This document shows positions 26,401 to 39,232 of a stretch of DNA of 64,000 nt, one piece after another. Source of the DNA: Mobula hypostoma (lineage: Eukaryota); contig NC_086101.1 of assembly GCF_963921235.1 (NCBI RefSeq), positions 31,992,001-32,056,000 on the forward strand, written 5' to 3'. Numbering within the stretch: the first letter of the stretch is position 1; every line of letters begins with the position of its first letter. The notes beneath the pieces were generated by a model that was not told the DNA's origin, did no database searches, and saw only the letters and a list, made by a program, of their open reading frames with translations. The position numbers and the translations under genes are program-made.

Positions 26401-28353
26401 CTTCTTTCCTGAGCAGATTGGCCAAAGCAGATCACAATAATCCAAATGAAACTGCACTGATGTCCTACAAATAATAAATCAATTTTTATACTCATTGTCT
26501 TGACTGATGAAGGTGAACTTGCCAAAATCCTTCTTTGCCACCCTAACCAATTTCCCCTGGGATCAATAAAGTATGGCTATGACTATGACTACCTGTGATG
26601 CACCTTTCAGGGAATTACGTAGTTGAAGACCCTGGTACCTCTTCTCCAGTACTCCCAACCATTCACCTTGAAAGTCATACCTGGATTTGATTTCCTAAAT
26701 TGCAGAACCTCATACTTACCTGAACTAATTTACATTTCATCAACCATTTACCCTGTTGATCAAGATCCCTCTGTAACTTTTGATAATCCTCTTCACTATT
26801 TATTTAATTATTTAGAGATACTGTATAAATAGCCCTTCCCAGGGCCCGACCAATTTCTGCCTTCATTCCCATAATATCCTCGGATACTCTCATTCAGACC
26901 CATGGATTTATCCATTTTTATGCAGCTCAAGAACACCAACACCTCGTTTGTAATATTGAAATGTTTCAGGATGTCTCTGTAGTCGTTCCTGAATTCCCCA
27001 GCTTGGGCCTGACCTTCTCCCCAGTAAGTGGAGATGTGAAGTATTTATTTGAGACCGCAGGCTCCACACATATACAGCCACACTGATCCTTCAGGCACCT
27101 CTGCTCTTGATATACAGATGATTTTCAGATTATCCTTGACAGAGAAGGTAAAGAAGATCTCATTCTCCCTACAATTGGAACTGCATAAAACGGTGGCGAG
27201 TCTGCACTGAGTACTGTGAGCATTTCTGCTCAGTACGCTATAGGAGGCCAAGGGGATGACCTGATATGTAACAGGCACAGTTCGGAAGGACATCAAAATC
27301 TTTGTCCCATCATAAGGGTATTAAAACTCGGGGTCAGAGGTTAAGGTGAGAGGAAGGAGTTTCACAGGAGATCTGGTGTTTTTACACGGAGGGTGTCTGA
27401 TATCTGGAACTCACTGCCGGGGATATGGTGCAATCACATACTAACACTACATTAAAGAGACATTTGGACACTTCAATCGGAAAAACTCAGCCACGGACGG
27501 TTCCGGGACCGGATGGGAAAAGAGGAGGGTTGGGCACGAGGCTAGCAACCCGATCCAGTAAAAACACAGAGCTACGGAAACTCCAAAGGTTTCATTCCCG
27601 GGAGAGGGAGGAAGGCACAAAATGGGCTGCACCATTAAACTGGAAACTCTGAACAGCCCAGGCAGCACCATAGTTAATGTTTCAGGTCCAGAACTGGGAA
27701 AGTGAGGAAACGAGTGGGTGGTGTTAGAGTGATTTTTGGGTTTAGGACATTTACATTTAACAATTGACTTTGGCTGCCAGTCTTCACGTCTGAAAATTTA
27801 TTGTGCGTTTAATTTGGGGTGCAGCTCTGAACAGTGGATTCCGAAATGCCTGGACTCCCAGACCAGACAATGCTGCTTAATATTCATTTGGATGTCTGTG
27901 GTGAGGATGTAAATCAGGAGGTGTGGATGTTGTTATGTAGTTTCAAAGAAAGCATTGTCCAGGCTTTGTAAATATGGAGTTGTCCTTTGATGTTTGGCAC
28001 ATAAAATATCAAGCCCCATATTGGGCCAACGACTCCTTTCTATTGAAAGCATCTCCATATGATGCCTGCTGTACCTTGTTTTGTCGAATGAAGAAGCTGC
28101 TTTGTATCTACCAGTAATTTTCTCCGGTGACTTCATTCACGCAACACAGGTGGGAGGGATTGGACAATACTCTGCCTCTGATAGGGTGTTCCGCGCTGGC
28201 CAGTACATAGACCCCTCTGGTTAACAGATTAATAACCTCTCCTTCACAACGTGAAGGTGTCTCACCTCCTTCCCCTTCTGTAATACATTTAGCTTCCTTC
28301 CCACAACCCAGTACAAACTCCTCTCTGTCCTGTGTAAACGCCCCCCCCCGCCC

Positions 28354-28354
<1 letters not shown>

Positions 28355-28404
<50 letters not shown>

Positions 28405-28412
28405 ACACACAC
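28355..28412 (+). repeat. (CA)n microsatellite
   Basis: Direct observation. A second (CA)n lies at ~29084-29130. Confidence 0.98.
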
Positions 28413-29080
28413 TTACCTCACCTTAACACGTCGGGAGGAAGCAGTACTCCAGCACGGATCTACAGGACTGAATTGGCTCTTCCCTCGCCATCCTCTAAAC
28501 CCCAGTGTAACCAGTCATCTGGTGTCCCACTGTCCACTTGTCCAGTTCCTGCCCAAGTCAGTGAAGGTGTTAAAGTTAACCCATCCCTCCGCATCTTGCC
28601 TCCTGTGTGCAGTCTCTGCAGGGGCTCCCACCACACAACACCTCCAAACCGCTCTCCACTGACCTTAGGCTGGGTGGCGTGGGACCCTCACACAGTGGCG
28701 GTGCTAGCTGGTGCTATAGTACCAGCAGAAATTACAATAGCACCACCAAATTAACTGAAATTTGACATACAAATTGCAGCTGCTTTCTCTGTATAGTTTT
28801 GAATACAGCTTATTTCTCCAGTTGATCTAGTGAAACAGCGTCCTCAATTACCACAGCACCCACGCAGCAATAAAGTTATAAACTCTGTCAGATCCACTCT
28901 ACACTTCTGCTTATTCGTTTGTTGTCAATGTCTTGCCGTTGTTGTCCTCAGATCAGTTAGTTGATCTAAGATCACTTAAGGTGGTGATGTCACTCACTCT
29001 CACTCACGCGAGAGATCGATAGTATACATCCAGGCGCAGATCCATGGTCTCGCGAGACTAACGGATGCTGCCCCGCCCCC

Positions 29081-29131
<51 letters not shown>

Positions 29132-29249
29132 TGTACGTTTACAAGCTAGCGTCAGCCTGGCACGTGCATTATCTTGGCAGCGTGAAAAATGGATCTATTT
29201 TTAGTGAGAAAAGGACCTCGTCCAGAGGAATCAGTGGTGTCTCAGACTG

Positions 29250-30150
29250 AGCCTGTCTAAATTGAAAGTGACATGCAGAAAGAAGTAAGTGGGGATGAGG
29301 ATGTCTGCAGTTCATCGAAGGAGTGTGAGGGCGAAGTAGAGGAACAAGAAATAGAGCGGGATTCGGAAGAGAACGTGGATGAAGCTGCTCTTAGTGCGAG
29401 TGGCAATACTGTTAACGATATTAGCCAGCAGCCTGAGGAAGGACCCCATTGGCCAGCATTGAGAAAGTACCCTTCGCTGCTCTCAACAGTTTGGCAATCA
29501 GCAAAGGAGTTTTATTCGTGGCTGGTTTGACTAACTGGAATATTCGATCATGACAGATACTTCGTCCTGCTTCGCATGCAGGCATTTCCTGTGTGGAGGA
29601 CATGGGTTCCATTCTGAGTCTACCTTCACTGTCACTGGTTACCACAACTGGCGGAAAGCTACAGCAGCTTTCAAAACCCACCATGTAAGTGCAGCTCATA
29701 AGTTTTGCTATGGAGCCACGGGCCGAATTCAGATTGAGAAAACAAGACGGTTCAAGATGGGGAAATATGCTTGACAAAGGACATGCAAAGATTGTCCAAG
29801 AAAATCGTGAGTATATGAGAGCAGTGGCGGAGTCTCCAGCAAGGACAGACAGTGAATGACACAGTGGAATTTCTAGCTCTACTGAGACCCTACCGCGATG
29901 CATTTATAGATTTATACAAACTAACCTGCATATCACTGACTATACCTGTGACATCTGCCTCATGAAAACAGAGTTTCCCTTGTCTCAGACGCCTCAAAAA
30001 CTACCCAAGGAATAGCAGCGGCGATGCTCGGAACAGCAACTTGGCCCTGTTGGCCATAAACAGCCGGAGGACCAACACAGTTGACATCCAGAAAATCATT
30101 GGTACTTTTGCCACCAATCACAACAACAGACGGATTGTAACGCAAGCAAC
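29250..30150 (+). mobile_element. Degenerate hAT transposase N-terminal remnant (TTF-type zinc finger / ZMYM1-DUF4371-like)
   Basis: CFACRHF...FTVTGYHNWRKATAAFKTHHVSAAHK (ORF 29550..29774), then ENREYMRAVAESL. Fragmented, no introns. Confidence 0.7.
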
Positions 30151-30947
30151 AGGAATTCTGCAGATGCTGGAAATTCAAGCAACATACATCAAAGTTGCTG
30201 GTGAACGCAGCAGGCCAAGCAGCATCTATAGGAAGAGGCGCAGTCGACGTTTCAGGCCGAGACCCTTCGTCAGAACAGAGGGATTGTGCTTCTCTGAACA
30301 CATCAATGGTGAGTGCAGTTGATTTTTTTTTAATTTGGGCCAAGACTAATGCTGATTATTATTATTATTTTGTGGTGGATACCCCATAGTCCTTATGTTT
30401 CCTGCAAATCCTAAACTATTACATTTACTGCTATTAAACCTACTGGTTTTGCTTAGACTTCCAAGCGGTGATTCTGTTGATTTTTGTTTTAAATTCAGTA
30501 GCTAAATTAATTGACCATTATTGCATGGTCAGAGTATGATTTGTCCAACTCCTGGTAAAGCCTTGCATCTGTTGTTTGCCTTATTTGACTTTAATAATGG
30601 TGTAACTTTTGGCATTGTCTGTCTATGTAATGCGAATAGCAGTGGACATTGTGGGTTCGTGTTGTGTTTTTCAATTGAAAAGCACGCATTTGATGCTGAT
30701 TGCGGTATTGGTGTGTGATTCACGTTGTGCACTGTGGTTCGGATGCTCTGTTGGTTTGTTTGTTTATGCTCTGTGTAGCCCGGGTTGTCGCCAATGCTGT
30801 TGACAATGTCACAGTTCACTTCTATATTATATTTATCAATTGCTGTTGCTTGTGAATCAACAGAGGCATTTATAGTAGGCACATAATGCTTGAAACTGGC
30901 TTTTGTACGCCACGTGTCTGGCCTTGCAAATACATATTACCAGAGGG

Positions 30948-31027
30948 CAGCGGTCCCCAACCACCGGGCTGCAAAGCATGTGCTACCGGGTCGTGAGGGA
31001 ACGATATGCTTTGGTGATATCAGTCAG
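30948..31027 (+). mobile_element. Left end of a third Buster/Charlie-like hAT element, cut by the gap
   Basis: CAGCGGTCCCCAACCACCGGGC, as at 22876. Confidence 0.75.
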
Positions 31028-31227
31028 NNNNNNNNNNNNNNNNNNNNNNNNNNNNNNNNNNNNNNNNNNNNNNNNNNNNNNNNNNNNNNNNNNNNNNNNN
31101 NNNNNNNNNNNNNNNNNNNNNNNNNNNNNNNNNNNNNNNNNNNNNNNNNNNNNNNNNNNNNNNNNNNNNNNNNNNNNNNNNNNNNNNNNNNNNNNNNNNN
31201 NNNNNNNNNNNNNNNNNNNNNNNNNNN
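31028..31227. other. Assembly gap (200 N)
   Basis: Run of exactly 200 N; true size unknown. Confidence 1.
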
Positions 31228-34200
31228 GAGGGAGCTTCACTCTGTGTCTGACCCCGGGAGTGTGTGATGGGAAGGTGTGGAGGGAGCTTCACCCTGTGTC
31301 TGATCCTGGGAGTGTGTGATGGGACAGTGTGGAGGGAGCTTCACTCTGTGTCTGACCCCGGGAGTGTGTGATGGGACAGTGTGGAGGGAGCTTCACTCTG
31401 TGTCTGACCCCGGGAGTGTGTGATGGGACAGTGTGGAGGGAGCTTCACTCTGTGTCTGACCCCGGGAGTGTGTGATGGGACAGTGTGGAGGGAGCTTCAC
31501 TCTGTGTCTGACCCCGGGAGTGTGTGATGGGACAGTGTGGAGGGAGCTTCACCCTGTGTCTGACCCCGGGAGTGTGTGATGGGACAGTGTGGAGGGAGCT
31601 TCACTCTGTGTCTGACCCTGGGAGTGTGTGATGGGACAGTGTGGAGGGAGCTTCACTCTGTGTCTGACCCCGGGAGTGTGTGATGGGACAGTGTGGAGGG
31701 AGCTTCACTCTGTGTCTGACCCCGGGAGTGTGTGATGGGACAGTGTGGAGGGAGCTTCACTCTGTGTCTGACCCCGGGAGTGTGTGATGGGACGGTGTGG
31801 AGGGAGCTTCACTCTGTGTCTCACCCCAGGAGTGTGTGATGGGACAGTGTGGAGGGAGCTTCACTCTGTGTCTGACCCTGGGAGTGTGTGATGGGACAGT
31901 GTGGAGGGAGCTTCACTCTGTGTCTGATCCCGGGAGTGTGTGATGGGACTGTGTGGAGGGAGCTTCACTCTGTGTCTGACCCCGGGAGTGTGTGATGGGA
32001 CAGTGTGGAGGGAGCTTCACTCTGTGTCTGACCCCGGGAGTGTGTGATGGGACAGTGTGGAGGGAGCTTCACTCTGTGTCTGACCCCGGGAGTGTGTGAT
32101 GGGACAGTGTGGAGGGAGCTTCACTCTGTGTCTGACCCCGGGAGTGTGTGATGGGACCGTGTGGAGGGAGCTTCACTCTGTGTCTGACCCCGGGAGTGTG
32201 TGATGGGACAGTGTGGAGGGAGCTTCACTCTGTGTCTGACCCCGGGAGTGTGTGATGGGACCGTGTGGAGGGAGCTTCACTCTGTGTCTGACCCCGGGAG
32301 TGTGTGATGGGACAGTGTGGAGGGAGCTTCACTCTGTGTCTGACCCTGGGAGTGTGTGATGGGACAGTGTGGAGGGAGCTTCACTCTGTGTCTGACCCCG
32401 GGAGTGTGTGATGGGACAGTGTGGAGGGAGCTTCACTCTGTGTCTGACCCCGGGAGTGTGTGATGGGACCGTGTGGAGGGAGCTTCACTCTGTGTCTGAC
32501 CCCGGGAGTGTGTGATGGGACGGTGTGGAGGGAGCTTCACTCTGTGTCTGACCCCGGGAGTGTGTGATGGGACCGTGTGGAGGGAGCTTCACCCTGTGTC
32601 TGACCCTGGGAGTGTGTGATGGGACTGTGTGGAGGGAGCTTCACTCTGTGTCTGACCCTGGGAGTGTGTGATGGGACAGTGTGGAGGGAGCTTCACTCTG
32701 TGTCTGACCCCGGGAGTGTGTGATGGGACAGTGTGGAGGGAGCTTCACTCTGTGTCTGACCCCGGGAGTGTGTGATGGGACAGTGTGGAGGGAGCTTCAC
32801 TCTGTGTCTGACCCCGGGAGTGTGTGATGGGACAGTGTGGAGGGAGCTTCACTCTGTGTTTGACCCCGGGAGTGTGTGATGGGACAGTGTGGAGGGAGCT
32901 TCACTCTGTGTCTGACCCCGGGAGTGTGTGATGGGACAGTGTGGAGGGAGCTTCACTCTGTGTCTGACCCCGGGAGTGTGTGATGGGACGGTGTGGAGGG
33001 AGCTTCACTCTGTGTCTCACCCCGGGAGTGTGTGATGGGACAGTGTGGAGGGAGCTTCACTCTGTGTCTGACCCCGGGAGTGTGTGATGGGACCGTGTGG
33101 AGGGAGCTTCACCCTGTGTCTGACCCCGGGAGTGTGTGATGGGACAGTGTGGAGGGAGCTTCACTCTGTGTCTGACCCCGGGAGTGTGTGATGGGACAGT
33201 GTGGAGGGAGCTTCACTCTGTGTCTGACCCCGGGAGTGTGTGATGGGACAGTGTGGAGGGAGCTTCACTCTGTGTCTGACCCCGGGAGTGTGTGATGGGA
33301 CCGTGTGGAGGGAGCTTCACTCTGTGTCTGACCCCGGGAGTGTGTGATGGGACCGTGTGGAGGGAGCTTCACTCTGTGTCTGACCCCGGGAGTGTGTGAT
33401 GGGACGGTGTGGAGGGAGCTTCACTCTGTGTCTTACCCCGGGAGTGTGTGATGGGACAGTGTGGAGAGAGATTCACTCTGTGTCTGATCCTGGGAGTGTG
33501 TGATGAGACAGTGTGGAGGGAGCTTCACTCTGTGTTTTACCCCGGGAGTGTGTGATGAGACCGTGTGGAGGGAGCTTCACTCTGTGTTTTACCCCGGGAG
33601 TGTGTGATGGGACCGTGTGGAGGGAGCTTCACTCTGTGTTTTACCCCGGGAGTGTGTGATGAGACCGTGTGGAGGGAGCTTCACTCTGTGTTTTACCCCG
33701 GGAGTGTGTGATGAGACCGTGTGGAGGGAGCTTCACCCTGTGTTTTATCCCGGGAGTGTGTGATGGGACCGTGTGGAGGGAGCTTCACCCTGTGTTTTAC
33801 CCGGGAGTGTGTGATGGGACCGTGTGGAGGGAGCTTCACCCTGTGTTTTACCCCGGGAGTGTGTGATGGGACGTGTGGAGGGAGCTTCACTCTGTGTTTT
33901 ACCCCGGGAGTGTGTGATGGGACCGTGTGGAGGGAGCTTCACCTCTGTGTTTGACCCCGGGAGTGTGTGATGAGACCGTGTGGAGGGAGCTTCACTCTGT
34001 GTTTTACCCCGGGAGTGTGTGATGAGACCGTGTGGAGGGAGCTTCACTCTGTGTCTCACCCCTGGAGTGTGTGATGGGACAGTGTGGAGGGAGCTTCACT
34101 CTGTGTCTGACCCCGGGAGTGTGTGATGGGACCGTGTGGAGGGAGCTTCTCTCTGTGTCTGACCCCGGGAGTGTGTGATGGGACAGTGTGGAGGGAGCTT

Positions 34201-34720
34201 CACTCTGTGTCTGACCGCGGGAGTGTGTGATGAGACCATGTGGCGGGAGCTTCACCCTGTGTTTTACCCCGGGAGTGTGTGATGAGACAGTGTGGAGGGA
34301 GCTTCACCCTGTGTTTTACCCCGGGAGTGTGTGATGGGACCGTGTGGAGGGAGTTTCACTCTGTGTCTGACCCCGGGAGTGTGTGATGGGACCTTGTGGA
34401 GAGAGCTTCACCCTGTGTTTTACCCTGAGAGTGTGTGATGAGACCGTGTGGAGGGAGCTGCACGCTGTGTTTTACCCCGGGGAGTGTGTGGTGCGACCGT
34501 GTGGAGGGAGCTTCACTCTGTGTTTCACCCCGGGAGTGTGTGATGAGACCGTGTGGAGAGAGCTTCACCTTGTGTTTCACCCCGGGAGTGTGTGGTGCGA
34601 CCATGTGGAGGGAGCTTCACCCCGTGTTTTACCCCGGGAGTGTGTGATGAGACCGTGTGGAGGGAGCTTCACCCTGTGTTTTACCCCGGGAGTGTGTGAT
34701 GAGACCGTGTGGAGGGAGCT
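31228..34720 (+). repeat. 52-bp satellite GGAGGGAGCTTCACTCTGTGTCTGACCCCGGGAGTGTGTGATGGGACAGTGT
   Basis: Period 52 (e.g. 31321 vs 31373). Units diverge from ~33500 onward. Confidence 0.99.
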
Positions 34721-34944
34721 CCAGGGAACCAGGGAACTGTTATTGTGTTGTTCTATGTAATAGGTTGAATTTAATCTGTTCATGAATTTAGAGACAAATT
34801 AATGAAAACCTGGAGCTCGCGATGGTCTGAAATAAACTGTTTGACGAATCGGCGCCTTCTCATCAACGAGACAAAGTGTCATGTTACTCTGAGCCGGCTA
34901 TAAATTGCGAGCTCGGCAGCGTTTGATCGGAGGGAGAGCAGAAC

Positions 34945-35023
34945 CGATCCTGTACGAAAAGATCTTCCCCGACAACTGGTGACGCGACAGATACCGTGTG
35001 CTCATTGGTTGTTGGAAAGTCCG
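34945..35023 (+). promoter_or_regulatory. MHC-type S-X1-X2-Y module with adjacent kappaB-like site
   Basis: CGATCCT (34945-51), 16 nt, CCCGACAACTGGTG (34968-81) overlapping TGACGCG, 19 nt, CTCATTGG (35001), then TGGAAAGTCCG (reverse CGGACTTTCC, 9/10 to GGGACTTTCC). CpG-rich context. Confidence 0.7.
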
Positions 35024-35398
35024 CGGTTAACGGAGCGTGGTGTGACACGTCAAGCATTGCCGTTAAACACAATAGATCTATTCAAAGTGTTAACGTCAAC
35101 AAAAGGGCAAAAGTTAAATGAAGGGCGGGAGTGGCAGCTCAGGGTGCAGAGCCATCAGCAGTGATGGGGGGCGGGGGGTCGGAGACGGCATTCCCTCGCT
35201 GACCTTCGTGGATGGAGACCCTGGGCCATCCCTTTGCTGAGGTATACCACACAGCAGACGTTCTTCTTGTAATTTCAAAACTAAACTTTATTCATAATAA
35301 AATATATAAGACATAGGAGCAGAATTAGACCATTCAGCCCATCGAGTCTGCTCCACCATTCTATCAAGGCTGATCCCAGATCCCACTCAACCCCCTAC

Positions 35399-35900
35399 CA
35401 GACATCCCACCCTGCAAAAACTCATTTCAGGGAGATGGCACCATCAATTTGCGGGAGACTCCCGAAACTTCTGGGAGAGGTGGGATGTCTGCAATAGAGT
35501 AGCTCCTTAGCAGCTAGCCAGCTAGTTTAAATAACGTTAGCTATGCTAATGAACGAATGACACCTGTTAAACTCACCTCAACATGTCATTTACAGTCTTA
35601 ACCCACCATGGGCAATAGAAAAGTCACTGTTGCAAGCAGTGCAGCGAGCAACACTGTCATTATTTTTGACCCCTATTAGGCAGGGGTACACTTTAGTGTA
35701 GTCTGGGGTGACGTACGTTTTATATTTTCTTTTTTTGGAACACTCTGCCATGGCGCGCACGCTCTCTCTCTCTCTCTCTCGCGTGCTCTCGCTCTCAAAA
35801 AAATTGATTTCCGTGATATTGTATATAATTTGCAGGCATCAGGGAGCCACTCTTAATATGCGGAAGACTCCCGGAACTTCCAGGAGAGGTGGGATGTCTG
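35399..35900. mobile_element. MITE-like element inside a CR1 3' fragment
   Basis: Inverted ends CAGACATCCCACC / GGTGGGATGTCTG. The right end is also repeated internally at ~35445-35491. Confidence 0.6.
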
Positions 35901-36759
35901 CCATACACCTGCCTTCTCGCCATATCCTTTGATACCTTGACCAATCAGAAAATGCTCAACTTCCGCCTTAAATATAGGCAAGGATGGCCTCCACCACAGT
36001 CAGTGGCAGATCATTCCACAGATTTACTACTCTCTGGCTAAAAAAAAAATCCCTCCTTACCTCTGTTTTAAAAGGTTGTCCCTCAGTGTTGAGGCTGTGC
36101 CCTCTAGTTCTAAATACCTCCCCACTGTAGGAATCATCCTCTCCACATCCACCCTATCTTGTCCTTTCAATATTTGGTAGGTTTCAATGAGACCCCCCCC
36201 ACCCCGCCCCGCATTCTTCTCAATTCCAGTGAGTACAGGCCCAAAGCTGTCAAATGCTCCTCATAAGTTAACCCCTTCATTCCCAGAATCATCCTCGTGA
36301 ATCTTCTCTGGACTCTCTTCAATCATAACACATCCTTTCAGAGATATGGGGCCCAAAACTGTTGACAATACTCCAAGTGCGGCCTGACTAAAGTGTAAAC
36401 TAAGTGTAAACATTTTACATTCTACATCATGTCAATACATTCTGTAATGTTAACTTATTAGAAATACATAGCATCCTCGGCCTTCATACAACCCCAGCTC
36501 TGATACACAATTTCAGTGTTTGAGGTCAGTACAATTATAGATGAAATTTGAATTAGGAAATTTAAAATAATGAGGAAGTTAGTGATTGCTGCAAAAAGTT
36601 TATAGAATTGCATCACATAATCATTGAGTATGTGGTAAATAAAACATTGCTATTACAAATTCTGCAGTCGAGTATCCCACATTTGGGGACATCCAGCGGT
36701 CATCAGGCCCGGAGGGGAATGGGATAACATCCTCCTGAGCTTTTTCTATTTCAAAAAAA

Positions 36760-37650
36760 AACTTTATTCATAACAAAACATGCATAATAATGAGAAACTG
36801 CAGAACTTTTACATCTATAGGAAGAGGTACAGTCGACGTTTTGGGCCGAGACCCTTCGTCAGGACTAACTGAAAGAAGAAATAGTAAGAGATTTGAAAGT
36901 GGGAGGGGGAGGGGGAGATCCAAAATGATAGGAGAAGACAGGAGGGGGAGGGATGGAGTTAAGAGCTGGAAAGTTGATTGGTAAGGGATACGAGAGGATC
37001 ATGGAACGGGAGGCCTAGGGAGAAAGAAAGGGTGAGGGGGGAAGCCCAGAGGATGGGCAAGGAGTATAGTGAGAGGGACAGAGGGAGAAAAAGGAGAGAG
37101 AGAAAAAGAATGTGTGTATATAAATAAATAACGGGTGGGGTACGAAGGGGAGGTGGGGCATTAACGGAAGTTAGAGAAGTCAATGTTCATGCCATCAGGT
37201 TGGAGGCTACCCAGACGGAATATAAGGTGTTGTTCCTCCAACCTGAGTGTGGCTTCATCTTTGCAGTAGAGGAGGCCGTGGATAGACATATCAGAATGGG
37301 AATGGGACGTGGAATTAAAATGTGTGGCCACTGGGAGATCCTGCTTTCTCTGGCGGACAGAGCATCGGTGTTCAGCAAAACGATCTCTCAGTCTGCGTCG
37401 GGTCTCGCCAATATACAGAAGGCCGCATTGGGAGCACCGGACGCAGTATATCACCCCAGTCGACTCACAGGTGAAGTGTCGCCTCACCTGGAAGGACTGT
37501 CTGGGGGCCTGAATGGTGGTGAGGGAGGAAGTGTAAGGGCATGTGTAGCACTTGTTCCACTTACAAGTATAAGTGCCGGGAGGGAGATTAGTGGGAAGGG
37601 ATGGCGGGATGGGGGAACGAATGGACAAGGGAGTTGCGTAGGTTCAGGAA
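36760..37650 (-). mobile_element. Penelope-like element 3' part with intact GIY-YIG endonuclease ORF fragment
   Basis: ORF 37161..37628: HFTCESTGVIYCVRCSQCGLLYIGETRRRLRDRFAEH...EQHLIFRLGSLQPDGMN. Confidence 0.93.
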
Positions 37651-37839
37651 CAGTGAGTGAGAGGGAGAGGGAGACTGTCACACAGGAACCTACGTTCGGG
37701 AATAGTGAGGGAGAGGGAGACCGTCACACACAGACACCTTCCTTCGGCAGCAGCAAGCAAGAGGCTGGTGGACGCCGAAGAACACTCGCTCGCCCTCCGC
37801 ACCCTCCTCAGTGATTTCAATCTTCCTCAGCACTTTAAA

Positions 37840-39232
37840 AGATAGTAGAGGTAGTCCGGGTAATTATAGACCAGTGAGCCTTGCGTCTGTGGTGGGAAAG
37901 CTGTTGGAAAAGATTCTTAGAGATAGGATCTATGGGCATATAGAGAATCAAGGTCTGATCAGGGACAGTCAGCATGGCTTTGTGAAGGGCAGATCGTGTC
38001 TAACAAGCCTGATAGAGTTCTTTGAGGAGGTGACCAGGCATATAGATGAGGGTAGTGCAGTGGATGTGATCTATATGGATTTTAGTAAGGTGTTTGACAA
38101 GGTTCCACATGGTAGGCTTATTCAGAAAGTTAGAAGGCATGGGATCCAGGGAAGTTTGGCCAGGTGGATTCAGAATTGGCTTGCCTGCAGAAGGCAGAGG
38201 GTGGTGGTGGAGGGAGTACATTCAGATTGGAGGGTTGTGACTAGTGGTGTCCCACAAGGATCTGTTCTGGGACCTCTACTTTTCGTGATTTTTATTAACA
38301 ACCTGGATGTGGGGGTAGAAGGGTAGGTTGGCAAGTTTGCAGATGACACAAAGGTTGGTGGTACTGTAGATATTGTAGAGGATTGTCAAAGATTGCAGAG
38401 AGAGATTGATAGGATGCAGAAGTGGGCTGAGAAGTGGCAGATGGATTTCAACCCAGAGAAGTGTGAGGTGGTACACTTTGGAAGGACAAACTCCAAGGCA
38501 GAGTACAAAGTAAATGGCAGGATACTTGGTAGTGGGGAGGAGCCGAGGGATCTGGGGGTACATGTCCACAAATCCCTGAAAGTTGCCTGACAGGTAGATA
38601 GGGTAGTTAAGAAAGCTTATGGGGTGTTAGCTTTCATATGTCGAGGGATAGAGTTTAAGAGTCGCAAGGTAATGATGCAGCTCTATAAAACTCTGGTTAG
38701 GCCATACTTGGAGTATTGTGTCCAGTTCTGGTCGCCTCACTATAGGAAGGATGTGGAAGCATTGGAAAGTGTACAGAGGAGATTTACCAGGATGCTGCCT
38801 GGTTTAGAGAGTATGCATTATGATCAGAGATTAAGGGAGCTAGGGCTTTGCTCTTTGGAGAGGAGGATGAGAGGAGACATGATAGAAGTATACAAGATAT
38901 TAAGAGGAATTGATAGACTGGATAGCCAGCATCTCTTCCCCAGGGCACCACTGCTCAGTACAAGAGGACATGGCTTTAAGGTAAGGGGTGGGAAGTTCAA
39001 GGGGGATATTAGAGGAAGGTTTTTTACTCAGAGAGTGGTTGGTGCGTGGAATGCATTGCCTGAGTCAGTGGTGGAGGCAGATACACTAGTGAAATTTAAG
39101 AGACTACTAGACAGGTATATGGAGGAATTTAAGGTGGGGGGCTATATGGGAGGCAGGGTTTAAGGGTCAGCACTGTATTGTGGGCCGAAGGGCCTGTACT
39201 GTGCTGTACTATTCTATGTTTTATGTTCTATA
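37840..39232 (+). mobile_element. CR1 LINE 3' part (RT and tail)
   Basis: [57 protein letters not shown]; tail CTATGTT repeats. Confidence 0.95.

Noticed and set aside
28417-28665. Degenerate class I alpha-2 exon (LQRLHTGG..., EEPIQSCRSVLEY)
   Set aside because: The resemblance needs several frame switches, the conserved Cys pair is missing, and stops are present.
29250-30150. Host ZMYM1-like gene
   Set aside because: Fragmented by stops and frameshifts with no splice structure; better explained as a hAT fossil.
30890-31319. ORFs spanning X residues
   Set aside because: Artefact of the N gap.
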